NCBI GenBank assembly: GCA_963845145.1
Contig: CAWJQU010000002.1
Span: 544,001-608,000 of the forward strand
Length of the DNA: 64,000 nucleotides
Direction of reading: 5' to 3'
From: an uncultured delta proteobacterium
GTDB taxonomy: Bacteria > Desulfobacterota > Desulfobacteria > Desulfobacterales > QNYZ01
Shown here: positions 10,818 through 19,900 of the stretch, piece after piece
Numbering within the stretch: the stretch's first letter is position 1
Layout: the number at the start of each line of letters is the position of its first letter
The notes under the pieces: model-generated
The model's input: only the letters and a program-made list of their open reading frames with translations
Told to the model about the DNA's origin: nothing
The model's database searches: none
Program-made: the position numbers and the translations under genes

Positions 10818-11396
10818 ATGGAATCGAATCGATTCAGCATTTATTTAACCGGCGTCGGTGGGCAGGGAATCGGACTGATCAGTGAAATCATTTTACGCGC
10901 TGCGGACCATGCCGGATACCGGGTCAAGGCCGTAGACACCCATGGCCTGGCCCAACGCGGCGGCATTGTGGTATCTCAGATTCGTATGGGAAACCAAGTG
11001 TTCACGCCCTTGATTCCAAAAAACCAAGCCGATTTGGTCGTTGCCCTGGAAAGACATGAAGCGTTGCGAGCCATCAATGTTGCCTTGAAAGACCGTGGGA
11101 CCATTGTCTACTATAATACGGTCTGGCAGCCGCTGCCCGTTCGACTCAATCAGGGCCTGGAGGTCAACGAAGCGATGATCGCAGATGCCTGCCGTCACCG
11201 CCGGATTAAAGCACACCAGGTCTTTCACCCGGAGCTGGACGATCCCCGCATGCAAAATATCGCCGTTTTAGCGGTGATCGATCAACATGGCCTGATTCCC
11301 GGTATCGATACCGGACATTACGAGACGGCGATGGAGGATCTCATGGCGGGTCGGATGCTGGAAAAAAATATGGCCTTGTTTTCACAATCCCCCTGA
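10818..11396 (+). CDS. iorB: Indolepyruvate ferredoxin oxidoreductase beta subunit
   Basis: GVGGQG, HGLAQRGG, ALERHEALR; follows iorA. Confidence 0.88.
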   Translation: MESNRFSIYLTGVGGQGIGLISEIILRAADHAGYRVKAVDTHGLAQRGGIVVSQIRMGNQVFTPLIPKNQADLVVALERHEALRAINVALKDRGTIVYYNTVWQPLPVRLNQGLEVNEAMIADACRHRRIKAHQVFHPELDDPRMQNIAVLAVIDQHGLIPGIDTGHYETAMEDLMAGRMLEKNMALFSQSP

Positions 11397-11433
11397 TGGT
11401 ATTAGGTCGATTATTCTAAGCGGAGCTGTTTAT

Positions 11434-12504
11434 ATGGATATTCATCGATCGACCGAATTTCGTTTTTGTACATCCATTCGTCTAACACCGATTCACCGCC
11501 ATTTCTATCGATTATTCCTGACCGTGATCGTGTTGGCTTTTTTATTAGCAGCACCTGTGGCAGCTAACGAGGAGGGCCCCGATCCCCAGTTCGGACTCGG
11601 TCCATTTCATGTACGCTCCCAATCCCCGGCCCACAGCCCTCGCCTGACACCAGTACCCAGAGTTCCTGAAAAAATTATCCCAGGGCGCTTTCAAGCGTGG
11701 GCGGGAGGCACCTGGACCAATATCTGGGCGGAAGACAAACGCTATTTTCTCGACTATGAAATGCTCAATCTCGATGCCGAGTTGCGCTATGGCGTGACCC
11801 CACGGCTATTAATCGCTCTGGGATACAACTATCGATCCTATTTCGGCGGTGGTCTGGATGGATTCATTCAAGGGTTTCATGATGCCCTGAATATCGAACA
11901 ACAAGGTCGCGATGAGGTCCCCCGCAATCAATCGCGAATGACTTTTTATGACCCTGAAGGCAATGCCTTCATCGATAGGGAAAGCGCCAGCAGCCTTCAA
12001 AATGGCGGGATCAGCATCACCGGCAAATACATCCTGCACAATGGCACCGATTACTTGCCGGCTGCCAGTATCTCCGGTACCCTAAAATACTGGACCAACA
12101 TGTCGGATTCAAGTGGCAATGATGTTCCGGTCGACTTCGGTTTGACCCTGGGACTATCCAAACGCTGGACTGACCGCTGGTACACCTATTTCTCGGGTGC
12201 GTTCACCTATCATGTTGAAAATGAATTTCTGGGTTTAACATTTGACGACACCATTTTATCAGCTGTTCTCGGCCTGGAGTGGCGCTGGCGCCCAACCCTG
12301 TCGCTTATCGTCCAATATCTGGCCATAGAAGGCGCCCTGGAAGATTTCGGCCAATTAAGCGACCCATCCCAGGAAATCACCATGGGGCTGAAATGGCAAT
12401 TTGTGGAAACCAGCGTCTTGGAGCTCGGTGTGGTCGAAAACATTATCAACCACGACAACAGCCCGGATTTCGGCCTGCATGTGATGGTGACGCATCAATT
12501 TTAG
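11434..12504 (+). CDS. Outer-membrane beta-barrel-like protein (DUF3187-like)
   Basis: Signal-peptide-like segment, GGGLDGFIQGFHD, ENIINHDNSPDFG, terminal Phe; start uncertain. Confidence 0.65.
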   Translation: MDIHRSTEFRFCTSIRLTPIHRHFYRLFLTVIVLAFLLAAPVAANEEGPDPQFGLGPFHVRSQSPAHSPRLTPVPRVPEKIIPGRFQAWAGGTWTNIWAEDKRYFLDYEMLNLDAELRYGVTPRLLIALGYNYRSYFGGGLDGFIQGFHDALNIEQQGRDEVPRNQSRMTFYDPEGNAFIDRESASSLQNGGISITGKYILHNGTDYLPAASISGTLKYWTNMSDSSGNDVPVDFGLTLGLSKRWTDRWYTYFSGAFTYHVENEFLGLTFDDTILSAVLGLEWRWRPTLSLIVQYLAIEGALEDFGQLSDPSQEITMGLKWQFVETSVLELGVVENIINHDNSPDFGLHVMVTHQF

Positions 12505-12601
12505 TTAAAGAGCATGGGTCGGAGATTTGCATATTCAGTTTTCAGAGAAAAATAATCCAATCAGATAATCCTTACTTCTAAATATGGTATCGGTATCCAC
12601 G
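12320..12601 (+). repeat. ~280-bp direct repeat, copy 1 (3' end of DUF3187-like gene plus downstream DNA)
   Basis: Near-identical to 13577..13850 (2 substitutions, a 1-nt and a 7-nt indel seen). Confidence 0.95.
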
Positions 12602-12750
12602 TAACTAAGCCTCCTTTAGTGGAAAACGGAAAAGTACACTAAATGGGGGGAAATATTTTTCGGTCTGCAACAACCTGAGTTATATTACCTTTTAAAACAA
12701 AGGTTACGGAGTATAATTTTCAGTTCACTAGCCTAATGTAAGGGGCTGTC

Positions 12751-12939
12751 ATGAGCATAAGCAAGGTCATTAAAAAATATAAATTCAATGAACAACCGAA
12801 TGATTTTATTTTTTGGCAATCAAGATCATATGAAGAGCGGTTGGACGCCTTAGAGCAAATACGAAAAGAATATAATTCATGGAGATATAATGCTGAGCAA
12901 GGACTTCAAAGAGTTTATCGAATTGTTAAACGGACATAA
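12751..12939 (+). CDS. Small protein, putative antitoxin/partner of the downstream nucleotidyltransferase
   Basis: 62 aa, W.SRSYEERL.ALEQIR; SD-like AAGGGG; overlaps next gene by 50 nt. Confidence 0.6.
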   Translation: MSISKVIKKYKFNEQPNDFIFWQSRSYEERLDALEQIRKEYNSWRYNAEQGLQRVYRIVKRT

Positions 12940-13327
12940 TGTCAGATATTTGGTGGTTGGTGGATATGCCGTCGCATTTCACGGAAATCCACGCTATACC
13001 AAAGATCTAGATGTATGGATTGATCTCTCGTCGGAAAACGCTGATAATGTTATAAGTGCTCTTGAAGAATTTGGTTTTGAATCTTTGGGGCTCAAGCCCG
13101 AGGATTTCCTTGAAAGTGACCAGATTATCCAACTTGGTTATCCTCCGAATAGAATCGATATTATGACGACATTAAAAGAAATTAAATTTGAGGACTGCTA
13201 TAAAGCAAAAGTTGAGGTTGATATTCAAGGTCTCAAAATAAATTTTATTGATCTCGAAAATTTAAAACAAAATAAAAGGGCTACCGGTCGTCCGCAAGAT
13301 TTGGCCGATGCAGAAAATTTAGAATAA
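12890..13327 (+). CDS. Pol-beta-superfamily nucleotidyltransferase (DUF6036/AbiEii-like)
   Basis: YLVVGGYAV..HG.PRYTKDLDVW and NKRATGRPQDLAD motifs. Confidence 0.8.
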   Translation: MLSKDFKEFIELLNGHNVRYLVVGGYAVAFHGNPRYTKDLDVWIDLSSENADNVISALEEFGFESLGLKPEDFLESDQIIQLGYPPNRIDIMTTLKEIKFEDCYKAKVEVDIQGLKINFIDLENLKQNKRATGRPQDLADAENLE

Positions 13328-13340
13328 TCAAGAGCGAAAC

Positions 13341-13580
13341 GGCCATGACTTTTTCCGTATCACCCAGATCGGCAACCATTCGGAGCGAATCCGAAATAAT
13401 GACGTCAAAGGGTTGGCTGAAGTCGTAGATATTCCGACGCAGCGTCTCACACGAACCACGCGGCGTTGTTTTCCTGGTTCATCTGTTGCAGGTGTTCTTG
13501 CCAAAAATACCAGTTCCCAAGCATGGTGCCGGCGAGGTCTTCTCCCAGCTCATCGCTATAGACCAATCGTGCAAAATGGC
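13341..13580 (-). pseudogene. Two fused fragments of a penicillin-acylase-family gene
   Basis: 13341..13457 aligns with 16270..16386; ~13452..13580 aligns with ~16596..16724. Confidence 0.85.
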
Positions 13581-13850
13581 CATAGAAGGCGCCTTGGAAG
13601 ATTTCGGCCAATTAAGCGACCCATCCCAGGAAATCACCATGGGGCTGAAATGGCAATTTGTGGAAACCAGCGTCTTGGAGCTCGGTGTGGTCGAAAACAT
13701 TATCAACCACGACAACAGCCCGGATTTCGGCCTGCATGTGATGGTGACACATCAATTTTAGTTAAAGAGCATGGGTCGAGATTTGCATATTCAGTTTTCA
13801 GAGAAAAATAATCCAATCAGATAATCCTTACTTCTAAATATGTATCCACG
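13577..13850 (+). repeat. ~280-bp direct repeat, copy 2 (DUF3187-like C-terminal fragment)
   Basis: Encodes the same AIEGALEDFGQ...VTHQF as 12320..12504. Confidence 0.95.
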
Positions 13851-14679
13851 GTCGCCATCATCCCCAAGAATAGATGGTATCACAGGTTTTTAGCCTTGTT
13901 GGAATAATAGATTTCGGGTAAGATTTTGTAGGTCATTTGGGCAAGATGTTCTCAATTTATGTCGCGGGTTTTGTTATGTTGTGGGAATTCAGCTTATTTC
14001 ATTCATTTTCTTCTTTCTAATACTAAAAAAGTTTATGTCATTCTTTTAATTCCTTTCTAAGCCACCTGACTCCGTGGTATAATATTTCAACGGGAGAAAG
14101 GGACAAGTAATAAGGAAAAAATCCTTTATCCCTTGCTGTTTGAAAAGCTGTGTTTAGTGGGCTTTAGGCTAAAGGAGAAGCAATTCTCATGGAACTCGAC
14201 CCCAGGATTGAAAGGAAAACCGGAAGTCCTATTAAAGGGCCTTACCACTTTGTTAAGATGGTTTGGAGTTCAACCGCAGGGGTGTCCTGCCTGGTTGGAA
14301 TTATGTTGCGAACAAATATAACAAATGTGTAATTAACTTTGTAACCTATTTTTATTGTTCGGAATAATGAAATATTTGGCATTCGTTAAAAATCACTACA
14401 ATTTCAATAGGATAGGAGCACTCGCAACATAACTCAATACATCACCGGTTGCCATATTCCAGGTTTTTGATATGGATGAGAAATAAAGATCAGTAGACAT
14501 CATATATCGGTTATAATTACACCACCCACCGTAAACAATTTGGATTTTTTGGTTACCCTCTCTTACCGAGCAAATTTTTCTCCTTTCAAGTACTTAATAT
14601 ATTATTATTTGACAAATAATTTTAAATATTATAGGTCATTTACGGAAAATAATAGTGACTTCCATAACAAGGAGTTCTG

Positions 14680-15393
14680 GTGATGACAGACAAAAATTAT
14701 AACAAAAACCGTCGAAAATTATTGAAACTAATTGCTGTGGGGACAGGTACTGTAGTCGGGGGTCAGTTACTGCCTGAGACTTGGACTAAGCCAGTTGTGG
14801 ACTTTATCGTGCTTCCCGCACATGCGCAGACTTCCCAACCAATCATTGGGTCTGATTTTCCGGCTTCCTACACCGTGCCCGGTCGGTACGACTTCATTGT
14901 GCCTGCAGGCGTTAACAGTATTAATGTTGAAATGTCAGCTGGTGGTGGTGGTGGTGGTGGTGCGGCTAGGGATGATGCGGGTAGTGGTGGTGATGGTGAG
15001 CTCGTCAACACGGTGTTGAATGTCACTCCAGGTGAGTTATTGGTAATCGTCGTTGGTGCAGGCGGTACAGGCGGTGGTGGTTATGATCCGGCAACGGAGT
15101 CTGGATTTGCCAGCGGCGGTGGCCGGATGTCTTCTGTTGGTTCACTGACAGCAAGCAGTGGCGGTGGCGGTGGCGGTGGCGAAGGCCCCGGATCGGTTGA
15201 TGGAGAAGACGGGGAAGGCCCAAGTGGCGGCACAGGTGGCGCAAGTGGCCCCGCCGGCCCCTTGCTGGTGGGCGGGGACGGAGGTACTGGCGGTGGTGCA
15301 GCAGGAGGTGCAGGTGCAACTGGGAGACCAGATTGGCCAAATGGTGGTAATGACGGATCTGATGGAGAAAATGGATTTGTTTATCTTTCCTAG
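14680..15393 (+). CDS. Exported glycine-rich protein with twin-arginine-like leader
   Basis: SD AAGGAG; NRRKLLK, LPETWTKPVVDFIVLPAHAQTS; Gly-rich domain ending GENGFVYLS. Confidence 0.75.
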   Translation: MMTDKNYNKNRRKLLKLIAVGTGTVVGGQLLPETWTKPVVDFIVLPAHAQTSQPIIGSDFPASYTVPGRYDFIVPAGVNSINVEMSAGGGGGGGAARDDAGSGGDGELVNTVLNVTPGELLVIVVGAGGTGGGGYDPATESGFASGGGRMSSVGSLTASSGGGGGGGEGPGSVDGEDGEGPSGGTGGASGPAGPLLVGGDGGTGGGAAGGAGATGRPDWPNGGNDGSDGENGFVYLS

Positions 15394-15585
15394 TCTGCAT
15401 AAAAAAATTTTTTAATATTTTTTCCTTTCGACAACAGAAAATGCGGTTTTGTCCGGTTTCTTAAATCAGTTGCGAACCACCACGTCTCCTGATAATTCCA
15501 ACTCAAATATGATGTAAGCGGGTGGGAATCGGAAATAGATGGGCACCATATATTTCCGATAATTTTATTACCTTATCAGGCGGTA

Positions 15586-15852
15586 CTATCTCCAACTCAT
15601 CCCCGTCAGAGCACAATTCCATATTGAGTAAAAAACTGAAGCAGGCTGACTTGTGATATCCTCACTTAAGGGGATGGGCTTGAGGTGGGGATATAACATG
15701 GTCATCTTTTTATTCTGATGGTCGTCAAAATCTAGCATGACTCCAACTTATGACCACTAAGCCAATTCTCTCAATTGAATAAAAATCGACAAAAATGTGA
15801 CTTGTGATATCATCATGATAGTGGATTGGGCTGACCTGGCGATATATCATGG
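15586..15852. repeat. Degenerate tandem duplication, period 151 bp
   Basis: CTCCAACT, ATTGA.TAAAAA, TGACTTGTGATATC and GATATA.CATGG blocks recur 151 bp apart. Confidence 0.7.
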
Positions 15853-15899
15853 ATAGTGGCATTTGTGAGACTTTATCTATCAGATCTTTTTTTCAAAAA

Positions 15900-16064
15900 T
15901 GATGAAAACGTAAAAAGTCATCAAAAGGGATGGCAAAGTAATCCGCCAAAGGCGGACAAGTTCAAGGCGTCGCGAATCCCGTGTGATGAGGCGTACTTTT
16001 CGTACGCCGCAATCACGACGGAATGAAGCGCAACGCAGAAATTGGGCTTTATACGAAGCCATCA
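15900..16064. mobile_element. MITE/REP-like palindromic element (~165 bp)
   Basis: Imperfect TIRs TGATGAAAACGTAAAAAG / CTTTATACGAAGCCATCA; internal hairpins TCCGCC-AAA-GGCGGA and GGCGTAC-TTTTC-GTACGCC. Confidence 0.6.
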
Positions 16065-16119
16065 AAAATGAGTCTTTTATTTTTATAGATATGACGATTT
16101 TATTTCGGGAAGACCTCTT

Positions 16120-18518
16120 TCATGGGGTCAAGTTTAAGACGGTTTCAGCATGATCCCCGATAGCCGCATCGCTAAACCACCAATACGCCTTTTCCCCTTT
16201 TATAAACCGTTCGATCTGATCCTTGGCATGGGGATGGAATGTTCGGCCGGCGACACCTCCGGGAAGAATGGCCATGACTTTTTCTGTATCACCCAGATCG
16301 GCCACCATCCGCAATGAGTCCGAAATGATCACATTAAAAGGCTGGTTGAAGTCGTAGATATTCCGACGCAGCGTTTCACACGAACCGCCCACCGGATGGG
16401 AACCGCCCCCCAGCCAGCCCTTGCCGAGGCCTTTTTGGCGAATCGGATTTAAGTACTCGATTCGATGCACTTTTCCCCAAAGCCATTTTTCCGGCCGTGA
16501 CCCCAGTTGCGCGGACAGCTCCCCGGCGGCAATCAAGGCCGCCTGGTAAAAAAGGTCATCCCGGGATTCGGTGACCGCAAGGGTCTTTTTGTCATCGAAC
16601 CAGGCGGTATCATTTTCCACAACCATCTGCTGCAACCGCTCCTGCCAGAAATACCAGTTATTCAGCATGGTGGCAGAGAGTTCATCGCCGAGCTCATCGC
16701 TATAGACCAATCGTGCAAAATGGCGATAGACGGCTTGAAAAATAGTCGGGCCTGCTTGATCTTGATCATCCCTAAAGTCCCACTCGGAAAGAACTTTTCC
16801 CATCGGCCGGGTCTTCTCATGCTTTAAAAGTGCTTCTGCCATGATCGGCGCAATCGTCTTGGCCATAAGATTTAATGTGTCCTGTTGAAATTTCCAGAAA
16901 TCGGCAGCCGTTTTTTTGCCCGGACGATCTATGAGTTCTTTCAACCGTCGATATCGATATGAAGGAGACTGATGCGAAGAGTAGTAGTATGGGTAGTCTT
17001 TGCCGACCGTCTTGTGGTTGCAGGTCCCAAGCCATCCCCGCTTAGGATTATAGTTTTGAGGCATGTCATCATAAGGAACCCATCCGGTCCAGTTGTCGGA
17101 GCCGTCCTTGACCGCAAATGGAAAAGTACTATCTGTTTGCGACCGGATCGGCAGTTTGGCGGAAACCTGCCATCCGATGTTGCCTTTGATGTCGGCAAAT
17201 ACAAAATTCAACGCGATGACGCTCGTCTCTTTTAATGCATTACGCACATCGGTAACCGACCCGGCGATGAGAAACGCTTTAAAACCCAACTTCGACGCCA
17301 TGGTCTCAAAGGGCGACCACCGCAAAGTGATGATTTTTTCGGTGACAAGCCCGGGCAAAACGTTCGACACCACCGGTCCCCGACGGGTCAAACGAATTTT
17401 AAATGATTCGCGGCGAATATCATCCGGTGCTTTTTTATCTTTGATGGTAAGTGTTTCCTCAATGATTTCAAACGGCAGGGATTCGGACCCCTCCATATAG
17501 CGGTCCGGGTTTTCCGAATCGACTGTTTCCAGATATAAATCCTGGGTGTCACCGTAAGCATTGGTTATACCGACGGCGATATGATCATTCCTAAATACAA
17601 AGAGCCCCGGGATTCCTGGTATCCCCGCACCCACAGCTCTTAACGATGGTGTAATCAATCCGCAGGGATACCAGGGGCCGGGCAATACGGTTGCTTCCAG
17701 ATGGGGGTCATTGGCCACAATCGGTTTGCCACCAACGTTCAATTCACCAGCTGTAGCCCAATTGTTGCTGCCGATATTCAGAGGATATGGATCGATAAAA
17801 GCCATTTTCGTCCGGTGATTGAAAACCATGGGCCGACCTTTTAGCGGAATCGGAAACGTTGCGTTAACCGTGGGGCCATACGGCGTATCATCCGGATTGA
17901 TATTTAATGGTAGTATTTCTTGTACCCGTTCAGGACCGACTTTCTCCAGCAGCATTTGCGCGATGACTTCGGTCTCCATATTAGCCGACGTGCCCCAACT
18001 CATATAATAAATAATGGATAGTACATCGGGCACTGTCCATGGGCTTGGCTTAAATCCGGCCAGCTTCAGCTCAAGGGGCCATTGTTTGGGTCTCGTCTGG
18101 ATAAACGATTGACACCTAACGTATAGTTTTCGAAATAGTGTTGCGTCTCAGCATTCAAAATACGGGCATGTTTTTGAGCATTGCGATAAAATCCGAACGT
18201 CCGCATTCGTATATCAAACGCTTTGGCTTTTTCTCCCATCACTTCACTGATTCGGCCCTGGGATGCCATTCGGATCATCTCCATTTGAAAGAGACGGTCC
18301 TGGGCGGTAACAAATCCCTGCACTTTCAAAGCATCATTCAAATTCCCGGCTCGAATGTAAGCCATTCCTTTTTCATCGCGAATCACCTCAACCGGCTCTT
18401 TTAATATCGCCAGGTTTAAATGACCCTTGGTTTGATATTTGTTTAAAGCGGAACAGCCATAAAACCCGATAATTAAAATAAAAATAATCCCTGGAATTGC
18501 CGCATTTTTTATTCGCAT
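16120..18518 (-). pseudogene. Penicillin acylase family (Ntn-hydrolase) lipoprotein, split by a 1-nt frameshift near 18104
   Basis: N-part: lipobox FYGC, RDEKGMAYI, GFVTAQDRLFQM; C-part: GSNNW nucleophile, ANDPHL, TRRGP; frames join (GVNR/FIQTRPKQWPLEL) if one base is restored. Confidence 0.85.
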
Positions 18519-18539
18519 CTGAAGCTCCGTTCGGATAGC

Positions 18540-19676
18540 TTATAGACCCCAGCCCCAAAACTCGAGAAATCGGGCGAAATCATTCATGTCCGATTTGCGA
18601 CGATTCCATGGTTTCAGGCTGGTATAAAAGGGATTGTCTTCACTACCATAGACCTTATCGGTACCGATGAAAAGGTCCAGACTCATCCAGCTCATCAAAA
18701 GCGTTTCCAGGGGTTTAAGGGCTCCCTTGACATGATCCTTCATGAGCCCTTTCTGTCGATAAAAGCTCGTCTCATCACCGTTTAGACGCAAACGATTCAG
18801 ATTCTCGCTTGGTTCAAATGCGACGGATAGAACCGACCCATTAAATGCCAATTCTTTCAACGTTTGCGCTTCGACGATCTCAAGATCCATAACCCGATGG
18901 ACTCCCGGCCGCAGATCAACCAACAAACGTGGGTTCGTTTTGGATCGATAGTCGAGAACAGCCGGTAAAACCTCACCATAGACGCGTAACCGGTCCGGCA
19001 TATTGCGCCGTTTGGGGGGCAACGCCTTATCGGGCAGCGCCGTCGTCGCCACCAGTGCTTTGTAACACCCGCAGGTATGTACACTCGTGACAAGAACCGG
19101 CTCTTCCTGTCGGTTTAGGGTAATCACAATAATCAGACCCGGATTATCACCCGCCGTCAAATTGAACGGGACTAGGCTGTACGGGATGGATGGAAAATGG
19201 ACACGGTAAATAAGGTTTGTGTAAGTGTCCTCGGAAGTGACAAACGTCCTTTTTTCTGTATAAATCGTGGGTTGATCGGTTTCGATGCCAATTTGTTCGC
19301 GGCCGTTCTCATCTATTTTGGCAACCGGTCGTCCAATACGATTATACGGGTGTTGGTAATCATAAACCCGAAATACCGGGGCAAACCGCTGAAAGGGTTC
19401 ATCGGTATCATTGACTTTGGTTAAATAGAGCGCTTGTTTTGAATCGGCGGCGATGGGCACATGATGGGCACAACCACCCAGTATCAATAAAAAAAGGGCG
19501 GTAAAGCAGACCCGGTAAAATAAATGGGCGTACCGGTTTCGTAGCCGATTTGGCCGGTAGATATACGCCAAAAGTGTGTACGGGCTTAAGTTTTTATGGT
19601 TCTCCGAGGACTTTTCTGAAATGGGCGGCTTCCCTGAAATGTTCATGCCTGAAATGATCATGTCTGAATTAGTCAT
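18540..19676 (-). CDS. Uncharacterised probable lipoprotein
   Basis: 378-aa ORF, lipobox LGGC, HTCGCY motif; 21 nt upstream of acylase; start uncertain. Confidence 0.7.
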   Translation of the reverse strand: MTNSDMIISGMNISGKPPISEKSSENHKNLSPYTLLAYIYRPNRLRNRYAHLFYRVCFTALFLLILGGCAHHVPIAADSKQALYLTKVNDTDEPFQRFAPVFRVYDYQHPYNRIGRPVAKIDENGREQIGIETDQPTIYTEKRTFVTSEDTYTNLIYRVHFPSIPYSLVPFNLTAGDNPGLIIVITLNRQEEPVLVTSVHTCGCYKALVATTALPDKALPPKRRNMPDRLRVYGEVLPAVLDYRSKTNPRLLVDLRPGVHRVMDLEIVEAQTLKELAFNGSVLSVAFEPSENLNRLRLNGDETSFYRQKGLMKDHVKGALKPLETLLMSWMSLDLFIGTDKVYGSEDNPFYTSLKPWNRRKSDMNDFARFLEFWGWGL

Positions 19677-19785
19677 GAGGGTATCCTGTTAACTTTAGGT
19701 ATTGGGGGTCTACTTGCTTTTAAAAGTGACGTTGGAACTGTTTATAGCATAATGCCTGTTTGACGAAAGTCCACATTTCATTTGA

Positions 19786-19825
19786 CACGTCAGACTGGCA
19801 CGTCAGGGCAGCACGTCAGACTGGC
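19786..19825. repeat. Three tandem 13-bp repeats in a divergent promoter region
   Basis: CACGTCAGACTGG / CACGTCAGGGCAG / CACGTCAGACTGG. Confidence 0.85.
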
Positions 19826-19900
19826 TTTACCCCTTTTACGGCCCATGATACGATTATGTAAAATTGTAAAAGGCGTGACTATATTTCGGGCACTCGGACA

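Noticed and set aside
13413..13811. ORFs 13413..13811, 13479..13715 and 13486..13761 as real genes
   Set aside because: Chimeras of acylase antisense fragments and the duplicated DUF3187 3' end.
14941..14961. (GGT)7 microsatellite
   Set aside because: In-frame poly-Gly within the Gly-rich CDS.
15466..15549. Possible third copy of the small-ORF repeat (minus-strand ATG at 15549, 150 nt from copy 1)
   Set aside because: The peptide MVPIYFRFPP... shares no motif with the other two; only a short AGTTGGA match in another frame.
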